Of a DNA stretch of 64,000 nt, positions 10,637 to 21,390 are shown one piece after another. Position 1 is the first letter of the stretch. Each line of letters opens with the position of its first letter. The stretch covers positions 1 to 64,000 of the forward strand of contig CAWGYD010000011.1 of the NCBI GenBank assembly GCA_963826785.1. Direction: 5' to 3'. This stretch comes from an uncultured delta proteobacterium (lineage in GTDB: Bacteria > Desulfobacterota > Desulfobacteria > Desulfobacterales > Desulfosalsimonadaceae). The position numbers were made by a program, and so were the translations under genes. Under the pieces are notes generated by a model. That model was not told where the DNA came from. It searched no databases and was given only the letters and a program-made list of their open reading frames with translations.

Positions 10637-11245
10637 ATGCTGATTCACATCAATCCTGAAAATCCCCAGCCACGGCTGATCGACCAGAGCATTCGGGTTT
10701 TGCGCGACGGCGGCATCATCGCCTACCCCACGGATACCTTCTATGGGATCGGCTGCGACATCATGAATAAAAAGGCTATCGAGAGAATTTACTGGCTCAA
10801 GCAGCGGGATCCCAAGCAGCCGTTTTCCTTTATCTGCTCTGACTTAAAAAACATCAGCCAGTACGCCAAGGTCTCGAACTACGCCTACAAAACCATGAAG
10901 CGGATGCTTCCGGGGCCGTACACCTTTATCCTGGAGGGCTCGAAAATGGTGCCCAAGATGATGCTCACCAAACGGAAAACAGCAGGCATACGGGTTCCGA
11001 ATCACCCCATCTGCATCCACCTCGTGGAAAAACTCGGAAACCCGATTATCTCCACCAGTGCTTCTCTGCCGGATGGCGAAATTCTAAATGATCCGTCATT
11101 CATCCATGACCATTTCGGGGTCAATATCGACCTGGTGATCGACGGCGGCCCGGTTCCGGGCGAACCCTCCAGCGTGATTTCACTCATCAACGACGAACCG
11201 GAGATCCTCCGCGAAGGACTGGGCGACGTGCAAAGCTTCGAGTAG
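10637..11245 (+). CDS. Sua5/YciO/YrdC family L-threonylcarbamoyladenylate synthase-like protein
   Basis: IHINPENPQPRLI, AYPTDTFYGIGC, LPGPYTFIL, GIRVP, ISTSAS (YciO-type N-terminus). Confidence 0.93.
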   Translation: MLIHINPENPQPRLIDQSIRVLRDGGIIAYPTDTFYGIGCDIMNKKAIERIYWLKQRDPKQPFSFICSDLKNISQYAKVSNYAYKTMKRMLPGPYTFILEGSKMVPKMMLTKRKTAGIRVPNHPICIHLVEKLGNPIISTSASLPDGEILNDPSFIHDHFGVNIDLVIDGGPVPGEPSSVISLINDEPEILREGLGDVQSFE

Positions 11246-11264
11246 GCAATCCGTTTAAATGAAA

Positions 11265-11298
11265 CGGGGCGGATGCGTTTTAAGCGCATTCCGCCCCG
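11265..11298. terminator. bidirectional hairpin terminator between converging yciO-like and rpsA genes
   Basis: CGGGGCGGA-TGCG ... CGCA-T-TCCGCCCCG stem with A/T-rich flanks. Confidence 0.75.
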
Positions 11299-11339
11299 AT
11301 TTATTTTATAATCACCCTGCCATGGATCATTTGGCGGGT

Positions 11340-13363
11340 TTATTCAGCCGGGTCTTTTGCCTCCGGTTCCTCATCTCCCGACTGCACATCCGCCTCTCCG
11401 GTTTCTTCACCGGATGCTGCTGATGCAGAATCGATGGCAGATTCCGGCTCGGCTTCCGCTTCCGCTTCCGGCTCCGCTTCGGCTTCCGCTTCTTCCATTT
11501 TTTCCGGGGCGGCGGCAGCGATCTGCTCACTGGCCTGTTTGGCCTGATCGCTGAACTTCACCCTGAGGTTTTCCTGCAGGATTTCACCCAGGCTGGAGGG
11601 TGCGGGCTTGGCCTTGTTGACATATTCCTCCAGGATGGACTGCTCGTCGTCCATTTCCAGCCGCTTGATGGAAAGGCCGATACGCCGGTCCTCCGTATTG
11701 ATGTTCATCACCTTGGCGGTGATGGTATCACCCACTTCATACCGGCCGACCGGCGTCTTGATCTTTTCCTTGCTGATCTCCGATACGTGGATCAATCCCT
11801 CGATCCCCTCTTCCAGCTCTACGAAAACGCCGAAATCGGTGATGTTGGTGATGGTGCCGTTGATCTCGGTCCCCACCGGATAGCGTGCGGCCACGGTTTT
11901 CCAGGGATCGTCCTCCAGCTGCTTGATGCCCAGGGAGAACCGCTCGTTGCCCTTGTCGATGTCAAGCACCTTGGCCCGGATCACATCTCCCTTTTTGTAT
12001 TCCTCGGAGGGATGCTTGATCCGCTTGGTCCAGGAGATATCCGAAATGTGCACCAGTCCGTCAATATCATCATCAATGCCGATGAAAATGCCGAAATCGG
12101 TGATATTCTTGATTTTGCCCTCGATAATGGAGCCGACGGGATATTTCTGGCTGATCATCTCCCACGGGTTGACCGTGGTCTGTTTCATGCCCAGCGATAT
12201 GCGGCGGTTGTCCGGCTTGATGTCCAGCACCACGGCTTCCACGATATCCCCGACGCTGACCACCTTGGAGGGGTGGCGGATCTTGCGGGTCCAGGACATT
12301 TCAGACACGTGAATCAATCCTTCAATGCCCTCTTCGACTTCAACAAAGGCGCCGTAGTCGGTCAGGCTGACCACTCTGCCGGTGACCTTGGTGCCCACGG
12401 GGTATTTCTCCTGGGCCGTGCTCCAGGGATCCGGAACCAGCTGTTTCATCCCCAGGGAGACCCGCTCGTTCTCCCGGTCAAAGGAAAGGATCTTGACGGT
12501 GATGTTGTCGCCGATGGAATACAGTTCGGAAGGATGCTTCACTCTTCCCCAGGAGATGTCGGTGATGTGCAAAAGGCCGTCCACACCGCCCAGATCGACG
12601 AATATGCCGTATTCGGTGATATTTTTAACCACACCTTCCATGACATGGCCTTCTTCTATGGCCTGGAGGGTGGCGCTGCGTTTGGCTTCACGCTCGGATT
12701 CCAGGATGGCCCTTCTGGAAAGAACGATGTTATTGCGCTTGCGGTTGAATTTGAGCACCTTGAAATCAAAGCTTTTGCCGACCATGTCGTCGAGATTGCG
12801 AATGGGCCGCAGGTCTGCCTGGGAACCGGGCAGAAACGCCTGTACACCGCCCACATCAACAGAAAAGCCGCCTTTTACGCGGTTGGTGATGATCCCTTCG
12901 ATGGTGGTATCGGCCTCATAAACATCCTTGATGGCATCCCACACCTTGACTTTGGCGGCTTTTTCCTTGGACAGGATGACCCGTTCCTCTTCCTCATCCC
13001 ACCATTCCACCATGACCTCGACCTGGTCATTTAAATTCACATCCACATTTCCGCTCTCATCCTTGAATTCATGGATGGGAATCTGGCCCTCGGACTTATA
13101 GCCGACATCAACCAGCACAAAGTCCTTGTCCACGGAAATGATCGTACCCATGACCACCTCACCCTCTTCAAAGCGCTTGAGGCTTTCCTCATACATATTC
13201 ATCAGATCTTCCATGCTTTCGCCGGAAGTTCTGGCTTCGGATGAGGCTTCTGCGGCATCCGTGGTTACGGATGCATCCCCGTCGGATTCGACGGCGTCGT
13301 TTTTTTTGCTGCGGCGTCTGTTACAGACTGCCTGTTTTCAGTGTTGTCTACAAAATTTTCCAT
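11340..13363 (-). CDS. rpsA: 30S ribosomal protein S1 (one-base indel at the T8 run 13300-13307 detaches the N-terminal ~20 codons)
   Basis: Six S1 repeats (GLLHITDISW, GLIHVSEMSW etc.). ATG 13363 (MENFVDN...) lies behind a GGGGG RBS and joins the 13214 frame if the A8 run were A9. Confidence 0.95.
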
Positions 13364-13545
13364 TAAACATTTACCCCCTTAAGGCCGATTTGATTCCCCG
13401 GCATACGCGCGGGGTTTATATAAACTCTTATTTATAACAAAATTTTCCGGGCAATACAAATATAAAATGAAATAATTTACGGGCGCCGCTAAAAAGAAGC
13501 CAGCCTGCCCGCTTAAACGGTGGAGCCGTCGACGGATATTACAAT

Positions 13546-14220
13546 TCAGGGCTTTTCGGAGGCCGATCGGATGAAGAAAAGCATCTTTTCCACCACTTCT
13601 TCGGGGCACAGGTCAGTGGAATCGATCAAGTGCGCGTCTTTTGCTTGTTTCAAGGGGGCCAGCGCCCGGGAGGTGTCATTTTCGTCCCGGCGCTTTATAT
13701 CGGCGGCAACCGCCTCCAGCCGCTGGGGCGCGACTGCGGAAAGTTCGCGGCAGCGCCGGTCCGCACGGGCCTGTAAATCCGCGGTCAGGAAAAATTTGAC
13801 GTCCGCATCCGGGAATACCACTGTTCCCATGTCCCGCCCTTCGGCCACCGCTCCCTTTTTCGCCCCCAGGTCCCGCTGCAGCTGCAAAAGCGCCTGGCGG
13901 ACCACTGGCCGGGCGGATACCGCTGACGCCGCCATGGATATCTCCGGCGTCCGGATGTGATCGGTAATATCCTTATCCCCGGAAAAAAGACGCACTCCCG
14001 TGCCACTGTCAATAAACTTGAGATCTATCCGCCGGCACAATTCGCTGAGTCCTGTATCATCTTCCGGGTCAATGCCATTCATTTTCGCTTCGTATGCCAT
14101 TGCGCGATACAGCGCCCCCGTATCGATATAGGTATAGGAGAGTCGCTCGGCCAGGGCCTTGCTGACGGTGGTCTTGCCCGCGCCGGCCGGCCCGTCGATG
14201 GTGATCAGCAGCTTTTTCAT
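13546..14220 (-). CDS. cmk: cytidylate kinase
   Basis: ITIDGPAGAGKTT, DTGALYR, AEGRDMGTVVFPDA, RRDENDTSR. ATG 14220 overlaps the hisC stop. Confidence 0.97.
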   Translation of the reverse strand: MKKLLITIDGPAGAGKTTVSKALAERLSYTYIDTGALYRAMAYEAKMNGIDPEDDTGLSELCRRIDLKFIDSGTGVRLFSGDKDITDHIRTPEISMAASAVSARPVVRQALLQLQRDLGAKKGAVAEGRDMGTVVFPDADVKFFLTADLQARADRRCRELSAVAPQRLEAVAADIKRRDENDTSRALAPLKQAKDAHLIDSTDLCPEEVVEKMLFFIRSASEKP

Positions 14221-15326
14221 ACCCCCTCCGTTTCGCGCGGGTCCATCACCTCGGAAAACGCCTCGAGGAACCGGGCGTTTTCCGCTGCAAGCCCGGCATT
14301 CACCCGGATGTACCGGGGATACCCGTAGGAGGTCATGGACCGTACAATCACCCCTTTTTTCAGCATGGCCTGAAAAAAGGCATTGGCATCCTGATCCACA
14401 TCGACAAGAAAAAAATTGGACTGGGTGGGAAACCATCGCACCCCCATCCGGTCAAGCCCGGTCTGCATGAATGCGATCCCTTCCTGAACGGCCGCCTTGG
14501 TCCTTTCCAGAAATTCATCATCGTCGAGGGCGGCCAGGGCGCCGGCCTGGGCCAGCAGGCTGGTGTTGAACGGCTGCCGGATGCGGTTTAACAGCGCGGC
14601 CATGAATGCAGGCATCACCCCGTAGCCGATGCGGATGCCGGCAAGCCCGTATGCCTTTGAAAAGGTGCGCAGCACGGCGATTGGACGTTCTTCAGCCACC
14701 CAGTCCATGCCGTTTACGCATCGGGGGTCGGTGGCAAATTCGATGTAGGCTTCATCGAGCACCACCACCACATGTTCGGGCAGCCGGGACATGAAATCAG
14801 CAAATTCATCCTTTTTAATAAAGGTGCCGGTGGGGTTGTTGGGATTGTTGATAAACACCATCCGGGTGCGGTCCGTGACGCTGTCCAGCATGGCGGGAAG
14901 ATCCACTGACAGATCCACCAGAGGGACGAACACCGGCGTTGCACCCACCGTCCGGACGAATATTTCATACATCAGAAACGAGGGTGCGGTCATCACGGCC
15001 TCGTCTCCCGGCTGAAGATACGCCCGGGCCAGCATGCCGATCACATCGTCGGAACCATTGCCCAGCACCACCTGCTCCGGAAGAACATTGAGTTTTTCCG
15101 AAAGCCGGCGCACCAGGTAATACCCGCTGCCGTCGGGATACCGGTGAAGATTGGCCATGGCCGCACTCATGGCGGCGACGGCTTTGGGCGACGGCCCCAG
15201 CGGATTTTCGTTGGAAGCCAGTTTGATGGAACCGGAAATCCCGTATTCGCGTTCCAGTTCCTCTATGGGTTTGCCGGGAACATAGGGTTTTATCGACCGG
15301 ATGTAGTCAGGTGCTTCGGGCTTCAT
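14217..15326 (-). CDS. hisC: histidinol-phosphate transaminase
   Basis: YVPGKP, KLASNENPLG, GNGSDD, NPNNPTG, DEAY, RTFSKAYGLAGIRIGY. Confidence 0.95.
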   Translation of the reverse strand: MKPEAPDYIRSIKPYVPGKPIEELEREYGISGSIKLASNENPLGPSPKAVAAMSAAMANLHRYPDGSGYYLVRRLSEKLNVLPEQVVLGNGSDDVIGMLARAYLQPGDEAVMTAPSFLMYEIFVRTVGATPVFVPLVDLSVDLPAMLDSVTDRTRMVFINNPNNPTGTFIKKDEFADFMSRLPEHVVVVLDEAYIEFATDPRCVNGMDWVAEERPIAVLRTFSKAYGLAGIRIGYGVMPAFMAALLNRIRQPFNTSLLAQAGALAALDDDEFLERTKAAVQEGIAFMQTGLDRMGVRWFPTQSNFFLVDVDQDANAFFQAMLKKGVIVRSMTSYGYPRYIRVNAGLAAENARFLEAFSEVMDPRETEGV

Positions 15327-15381
15327 GTTTTTTCTCTTTCGTTTCAAACTGATTGCGGCTGGACCAGAAAATCTCTGCCGC

Positions 15382-15623
15382 TTCCAAGTAACTTAACTTG
15401 GCAAACAGATTAAGTGACTTCGTTTTTTTTGTTATCCGCAGGTCCAACACCCCCCTTGGTCCCCCCTCGCAGGGGGGAATAAAAAAAGAGTCCCCCCTCA
15501 AAAGGGGAATTTGATCGTAATTTCAAGCCCTAATCCCCCATTGAGGGGGGAATAAAAGGGGGGTGTACCGACGGCGGCCGTTACGATTCGAAAGTTCCTT
15601 CCCGTAAAACACCGCGCAGCGGG
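15382..15623. repeat. ~240-bp dispersed composite repeat with REP-like CCCCCC/GGGGGG hairpins (copy A)
   Basis: Nearly identical to 29824-30022, including ttgttatccgcaggtccaacaccccccttggtcccccctcgcaggggggaataaaaaaag. Confidence 0.9.
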
Positions 15624-15658
15624 GTCGGGAGCTTTCAAATCCAGGCACTTCAAATTAT

Positions 15659-16561
15659 TCATGACTCCGTCGGCTCGGGGGGCCGGGTTTTCCATCTCCG
15701 GTGCACCCAGAACCACTGCTCCGGATAACGTCGGATGACCGCTTCCAGCGCCCGGTTATACAGCCGGGTATTGATCCTGATATCCTCTTCCCGGTCGCCG
15801 GTTTCCAGAAGCGGTATTTCCGGCCCGATATCCACCCTGAACCCGGTTTTCTCTCTTAGCACAAACAGGGGAACCACCGGCGTTCGGGTTCCCACCGCCA
15901 GAAGCGCCAGCCCCTTGTTGGTGCAGGCCGTGCGGCCGAAAAATTCCACGAATACGCCGGATTGGACATTGGTGTTCTGGTCCAGCAGGATCCCCACCAA
16001 CTCCTTTTGTTTCAGACTTCTCAAGATCTTACGCATGGCATTGGCCTTGGGATAGAGCTTGGCGCCATATGCCGCCCGCAGGTCCATAAAGTATCGGTCC
16101 AGCGGCTTGAAATCAAGGGGCCGGTATACGCCGCTCATGGAGTATCCCAACCGGCCGGCGGCCATGGCCATCAGCTCCCAGTTGCCCATGTGGGCGGTCA
16201 ACACCAGGACCCCTTTGTTTTTCCTGGATGCCGCCAGCAGGTGGTGCAGGCCGTAGAATCTGAAATACTTCCGGAATTTGCGCTCCGGCAGGTGCCGGGC
16301 CCAGCCGATTTCAAACAGGATCAGGGCTAGGTTCTGAAATATCGAGTGCGCCAGATCCCGGATTTCGGCGCGGCTCTTTTCGGCACCGAATGCGAGGGTC
16401 AGGTTTTCTATTGCCACCTTTCGGTGCCGCCGGTCCAGCACGAACCAGGCATGGCCGATCGCATCGGCCATGCGACGGGCCCTCTTTTGCGGCAGCAGTC
16501 CCAGGAGGCGGAAGACCGCCGCAATCATCCGGTAAATAAAATTGTCCAGTTGTCTGCCCAT
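15659..16561 (-). CDS. lipid A late acyltransferase (LpxL/HtrB family)
   Basis: TAHMGNWE catalytic motif, LLDQN, VEFFG, PEQWFWVHRRWK. Confidence 0.92.
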   Translation of the reverse strand: MGRQLDNFIYRMIAAVFRLLGLLPQKRARRMADAIGHAWFVLDRRHRKVAIENLTLAFGAEKSRAEIRDLAHSIFQNLALILFEIGWARHLPERKFRKYFRFYGLHHLLAASRKNKGVLVLTAHMGNWELMAMAAGRLGYSMSGVYRPLDFKPLDRYFMDLRAAYGAKLYPKANAMRKILRSLKQKELVGILLDQNTNVQSGVFVEFFGRTACTNKGLALLAVGTRTPVVPLFVLREKTGFRVDIGPEIPLLETGDREEDIRINTRLYNRALEAVIRRYPEQWFWVHRRWKTRPPEPTES

Positions 16562-16871
16562 GGCCGTGAAATTGAAAACATAAAATTCAATCTGCTGCTA
16601 TCACATCAGGGATGAACCTGCAATCATTATATATGTCAGTCAGGGCGGTTGGATGAAGGCTCAGGTGCTTCTCATAATTGATATTCACCCCCAGGATTAC
16701 ATGGTCTGACAGTCTCTGGGTATCGAGACGGGCGCCACTCGCCAGCCGGACATATTGTAATCTCAGCGATACCAATCGGTTGGTGTAATCGTTATGTCGT
16801 GTTGATTGAGAATGTCCCGGCATTGCGTTTTTAGACGAACCGGGTTTCATGTGCCGATGAAATCCGTTCGT

Positions 16872-16925
16872 TGATCATCCGGTCATGATCATTTGCCTTG
16901 CAGAAATCAAACATTTGCCTATACT
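16872..16925 (+). promoter_or_regulatory. palindromic operator plus sigma70 promoter upstream of tesB
   Basis: TGATCAT-N6-ATGATCA (16872-16891), then TTGCAG-16 bp-TATACT (16898-16925). Confidence 0.5.
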
Positions 16926-17015
16926 TAAAAACAATTAGGTTTTTTTAACCTGACGTTTGGAACGGACCGGCAATCAAAATCCGATAACGAAAAAAAATGG
17001 GTTTAGGTGAGGCCA

Positions 17016-17921
17016 ATGGATCAATGTGATAAATGCACCCCGGTAAAGGATGTTCTGGGCGAACTTCTTGAACTGCTGGAGCTTGAAAAAATCGAAGAAA
17101 ATATTTTCAGGGGAAAAAGCCAGGACCTGGGGTTCGGCAATATCTTCGGCGGCCAGGTGCTGGGCCAGGCCCTTTCGGCGGCATACCGGACCGTGCCCAA
17201 GGAGCGCACGGCCCACAGCATGCACGCCTATTTCATCCTGCCCGGCGACCCCGCGCAGCCCATCGTGTACCAGGTGGACTGCCTCCGGGACGGCAAAAGC
17301 TTCACCACCCGGCAGGTAAGGGCCATTCAGAAGGGCCGGGCCATCTTTTCCATGATCACCTCTTTTCAGATCGACGAACCCGGCTTTGAGCATCAGGCGA
17401 CATGCCCGGATGTCCCCGGACCCGAGGGGATCGAATCCGAGTTGGAGATGGCCAGAAAAGTGGAAGACAAGATCCCCCCTTCCCTCAGAAACCGGATCCT
17501 GTGCATCAAACCCATCGAGATCCGGCCGGTCAACCCCGTCAATCCGTTCCGTCCGAAAAAGGAAAAGCCGGTCCGCTACGCCTGGTTTAAAACCATCGGC
17601 CAGATGCCGGATGATTTTTTCATTCACCAGTACCTGCTGGCCTATGCCTCTGATTTCGGCCTGGTGGCCACCGCCCTCTACCCCCATGGCCGGACCTTCT
17701 GGGAGCCCACCATGCAGGTGGCCAGCCTGGACCATGCCATGTGGTTCCACCGGGAATTCCGGATGGACGAATGGCTCCTCTATGCCAGCACCAGCCCCAG
17801 TGCAAGCCATGCCCGGGGACTGAGCCATGGCCTGATCTTCACCAGGGACGGCCGGCTGGTGGCCTCCACCTGCCAGGAAGGCCTGATCCGGGACCGCTCA
17901 CCCCGGAAGCAGACCGGCTAA
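17016..17921 (+). CDS. tesB: acyl-CoA thioesterase II
   Basis: IFGGQVLGQAL, HSMHAYF, RDGKSFTTR, LAYASD, ASLDHAMWFH, QEGL. Confidence 0.95.
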   Translation: MDQCDKCTPVKDVLGELLELLELEKIEENIFRGKSQDLGFGNIFGGQVLGQALSAAYRTVPKERTAHSMHAYFILPGDPAQPIVYQVDCLRDGKSFTTRQVRAIQKGRAIFSMITSFQIDEPGFEHQATCPDVPGPEGIESELEMARKVEDKIPPSLRNRILCIKPIEIRPVNPVNPFRPKKEKPVRYAWFKTIGQMPDDFFIHQYLLAYASDFGLVATALYPHGRTFWEPTMQVASLDHAMWFHREFRMDEWLLYASTSPSASHARGLSHGLIFTRDGRLVASTCQEGLIRDRSPRKQTG

Positions 17922-17985
17922 ATTTTCTATTCCACCCAATATCATATCTTTTTGATTCACCAACTGTAAATGGAGACTGGACCCT

Positions 17986-19212
17986 ATGGCGAAAGTGATC
18001 GTACTCGGCGGATGCGGCGCGGTAGGACGCGTGGCGGTGAAGACCCTGTTTCAGCAGGACCTGTTTTCCCGGGTGACCATCGGCGACATCAATATCGGCG
18101 AAGCGGAAAAAGTCGCCGCCCAGCTTGACCCGAGGCGCGTATCGGCCCTCCGGGTGGACGCCATGGATCCGGAGAGTATCAAAAATGCCGTTTCCGGGTA
18201 TGATCTGGTGGTCAACTGCGTCGGCCCGTTTTACAAGAGTGTCAAAACGATACTTCAGACCGTCATCGAGGCCAAAATCAACTACGTGGATGTCTGCGAC
18301 GACGTGGATGTGACCCTGGAAATCCTGGGCTGGGATGAAAAGGCCAAAGCCGCCGGGATCACCGCCCTGATCGGCATGGGCAGTTCCCCCGGCGCCACCA
18401 ATCTGCTGGCCAAATTCGCCGCCGACCACCTCCTGGATGAAACCGAGGCCATTGACATTTTCCACGCCCACGGCGGGGAGCCCTTCGAAGGGGAAGGGGT
18501 GGTGGGCCACCGGTTTCACTGCATGCGCATCGACATCCCCATGTTCCTGGACGGGCAACTCAAGTATGTCAAGTATTTCGAGGAAGACGGCACGGCCCTT
18601 CGGCGAACCTTTGACTTTCCTGCCCTGGGAAACAACATTCCCGTATACCCCTACCCCCACCCGGAGCAGGTGACCCTCCCCCGCTACATCGATCTCAAGC
18701 AGGTGACCAACCGGGGGACGGTGCTTCCCGATGCCTATTATAATCTCACCAGCGACCTGTGCCGCCTGGGGCTGGACAGCCGGGAGCCGCTCGAGATCCA
18801 CGGCCAGACGGTGATTCCGGCCGAGTTTGCCATGGCCTACATCATCCGGGAGCGGGAGCGGATCCTCAAGGCAGAGAACTTCGGCCAGCAGCGGGGGTGC
18901 TGTTCGGTGGTGGCCACGGGCAAAAAAGACGGCCAGTATGCGCAATACCGCTTCCATATGGCCTCGCGCAGCCAGGCTTTAGGGGAAGGCACCGGCATCC
19001 CCGCGGCCATGGGGGCCATTCTCCTGCACCAGGGCAAGATCACCGAAAAAGGGGTGCTGCCCCCCGAAGCCTGCGTCGATCCGGTGGAGTTCATCGATCT
19101 GATCACCAAAGTGCTGACCCTGGGAAGGGACAAGAACGACACGGAATCCTTTTCCGGCGTGATCGTGGAAAAGGTGGACGGGGCGGGAAACGTGGAGCGG
19201 ATCGATATTTAG
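17986..19212 (+). CDS. saccharopine dehydrogenase-like NAD(P)-binding oxidoreductase
   Basis: Rossmann VLGGCGAVG, VVNCVGPF, YVD, GMGSSPGATNL, HPEQVTLP, GVLPPE. Confidence 0.85.
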   Translation: MAKVIVLGGCGAVGRVAVKTLFQQDLFSRVTIGDINIGEAEKVAAQLDPRRVSALRVDAMDPESIKNAVSGYDLVVNCVGPFYKSVKTILQTVIEAKINYVDVCDDVDVTLEILGWDEKAKAAGITALIGMGSSPGATNLLAKFAADHLLDETEAIDIFHAHGGEPFEGEGVVGHRFHCMRIDIPMFLDGQLKYVKYFEEDGTALRRTFDFPALGNNIPVYPYPHPEQVTLPRYIDLKQVTNRGTVLPDAYYNLTSDLCRLGLDSREPLEIHGQTVIPAEFAMAYIIRERERILKAENFGQQRGCCSVVATGKKDGQYAQYRFHMASRSQALGEGTGIPAAMGAILLHQGKITEKGVLPPEACVDPVEFIDLITKVLTLGRDKNDTESFSGVIVEKVDGAGNVERIDI

Positions 19213-19255
19213 CGCATCCTGCCAACCCGCGATAGCCAACAAATTCGGGGAAAAA

Positions 19256-19330
19256 TGGAATGATGGAATATTGGAATGATGGGATCAGAAATCCTTAGAT
19301 AGCCCATCATTCCATCACTCCATTATTCCA
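19256..19330. repeat. 8-bp tandem repeat hairpin (TGGAATGA)n ... (TCATTCCA)n
   Basis: tggaatga-tggaatat-tggaatga-tggg / ccca-tcattcca-tcactcca-ttattcca. Confidence 0.85.
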
Positions 19331-19377
19331 TGCAGAAGGCCCAGATCTAACTTCATAGGCCGGAAAAGGGGCACTTC

Positions 19378-20951
19378 ATGACCGAAACGCGTTACATCCT
19401 CGCCATCGACCACGGCACCTCGGGAATCAAGGCCGCCATCGTGTCGGTGCATGGGAAGATCATCGATTTCGAGTATGAAAAGACCGCCATCCACTTTCTG
19501 CCGGGCGGCGGCGCGGAGCAGGACCCGGAGGACTGGTGGCAGGCCCTGCTCAAGGCCGCCGGCCGCCTGGTGGCCAAAGAGGCGATAAAGGTCGCCGATA
19601 TTGCCGCCCTGTGCGTTTCCAGCACCTTTTCCACCACCGTGGCCGTGGATCAAAGCGGACAGCACCTGATGAATGCCGTCACCTGGATGGATTCCCGGGG
19701 CGCCCCCTATGTGAAAAAGCGCATCAGCGGATTTCCCAGCATCGAGGGGTACAACCTGTTCAAGCTGCGCAAATGGATTCCGGTCACCGGCGGCGGCCCC
19801 ACCCTGTCGGGCAAGGACGACATCGCCCATGTCCTGCTGATCCAGAATGAATTTCCGGACATTTATGAAAAAACTTACAAATTTCTCCCGTCCAAGGATT
19901 ACCTGAACCTGAAGCTCACCGGCGAATTTGCCTCATCCTTCGATGCCATGCAGCTCTTCTGGGTCTCCGATATCCGGGATGTCAACCACATTCAATATGC
20001 GCCGAACCTCATCGCGGAGTTGGGGATCGATGCGGACAAACTCCCGGTAATGATCAAATCGACGGATGTTCTGGGAACGCTTACAAAAAAAGCCGCCGGG
20101 CAGATGGGCCTGCCCCCCGGGCTGCCGGTGGTGTGCGGATCGCCCGATCACCAGACCGCCTGTATCGGATCGGGGGCGGTTTCCGACTATGCGGCCCATC
20201 TCTATATCGGCACCTCCTCCTGGATTCAGGCGGTGGTCCCCTTCAAGAAGACCGACCTGCTCCACTCCATCGCCTCGTTTCCCACGGCCATCCCCGGCCG
20301 GTACCAGTCGGTGAACGAGCAGGACATGGCCGCCGGGTGCCTGGATTTTCTGTTCAATAACCTGTTGTTCTATGACAATGCCATACAGGAAGGACGGCGG
20401 CCGGAAAACCCCTATGCGCACCTGGATGACGTGGCCGGCAGCGTGCCGGCCGGCAGCCGCGGACTGATGTTTCTCCCCTGGTTAAACGGCGAGCGGACCC
20501 CGGTGGACGACACCCGGTATCCGGGGCGGGTTCTTTAACATGTCCAAGACCACCACCCAGGATGACATGATCCGCTCCGTTTTGGAAGGAGTGGCGTACA
20601 ACACCCGCTGGAGCCTGAAATACGTGGAGCGGTTTGTAAAAAAGCGGATGGATCCGATCCATTTCATCGGCGGCGGGGCCCAATCGGCGCTGTGGTGCCA
20701 AATCTTCGCCGACGTGCTGGACCGGGAAATTCTGCAGATCGAACATCCCCGGCAGGCCAATGCCCGGGGGGCCGCCTTCATCGCAGCGGCCGGGCTGGGG
20801 TATATCTGGATTTGATGACATCCCGGGACTCATCCAGATCAAAAAGCGCTTCAGCCCGAATCCGTCAAACCGGCGGGTATATGATGCGCTATTTAAGGTC
20901 TTCCTGAAAATCTATCAAAAGAACCGGTCGATTTTTCATCGGCTGAATTGA
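19378..20951 (+). CDS. FGGY-family (xylulokinase-like) carbohydrate kinase with two single-base insertions (~20518, ~20807)
   Basis: LAIDHGTSGIK, AEQDPEDWW, WMDSR, GTSSW, FLPWLNGERTP; continues in the next frames as RGGFFNMS...RSVLEGVAY...GGGAQS...NARGAA...FSPNP. Confidence 0.88.
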
Positions 20952-20978
20952 CGAACCCGTAAAAGGCCTGCATTTTAC

Positions 20979-21029
20979 CGTGCGCGTGCTCGTGCACGTG
21001 TACGTTCACGAACATGTGCACGAGCACGA
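20979..21029. repeat. palindromic hexamer array (CGTGCN)n
   Basis: cgtgcg cgtgct cgtgca cgtgta cgttca cgaaca tgtgca cgagca cg folds as a long hairpin; preceded at 20950-20968 by a lone MITE-like end. Confidence 0.75.
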
Positions 21030-21055
21030 AACAAGCGTTCCTCGGCGGTGTTTCA

Positions 21056-21098
21056 TTGACAAAGGATAATCATCAGATTATTATTCAATCAATTATCC
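21056..21098 (+). promoter_or_regulatory. toxin-antitoxin promoter with overlapping operator inverted repeat
   Basis: TTGACA (21056-61)-17 bp-TATTAT (21079-84); GGATAAT (21064-70) ... ATTATCC (21092-98). Confidence 0.7.
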
Positions 21099-21120
21099 GA
21101 TTAAAGGAAGGATTGAAATC

Positions 21121-21390
21121 ATGCGTGCCACCGACTATCTTTCCGCCACCAAGCTTTCCAAAAATACATCGGCCACCCTGGACGCTCTGGAAAAAGGCGA
21201 GGCGGAGAAATTGATTATTTTAAAGAACAATGCACCGAAAGCCGTTCTGCTTTCCATTGAAAGTTATGAGGCGATGGAAGAAGAGATTGAGGATCTGCGG
21301 CTGACGGCACTGGCGCTGGCCCGACTGGAAAGCTTTGACGAGAAAAAGGCCTTGTCCCATCAACATATTCAGGAAAAATTCAGCAAATGA
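21121..21390 (+). CDS. type II antitoxin, Phd/YefM family
   Basis: 89 aa; SATKLSKN ... IILKNNAPKAVLLSIESYE pattern; acidic C-terminal half; ATGA overlap with the toxin. Confidence 0.88.
   Translation: MRATDYLSATKLSKNTSATLDALEKGEAEKLIILKNNAPKAVLLSIESYEAMEEEIEDLRLTALALARLESFDEKKALSHQHIQEKFSK

Noticed and set aside
15440..15570. CRISPR array
   Set aside because: The units are irregular nested palindromes without constant-length unique spacers, and no cas genes are present.
16587..16850. 87-aa minus-strand ORF upstream of lpxL
   Set aside because: It has no RBS or recognisable motif. It cannot be supported, though it is not excluded.
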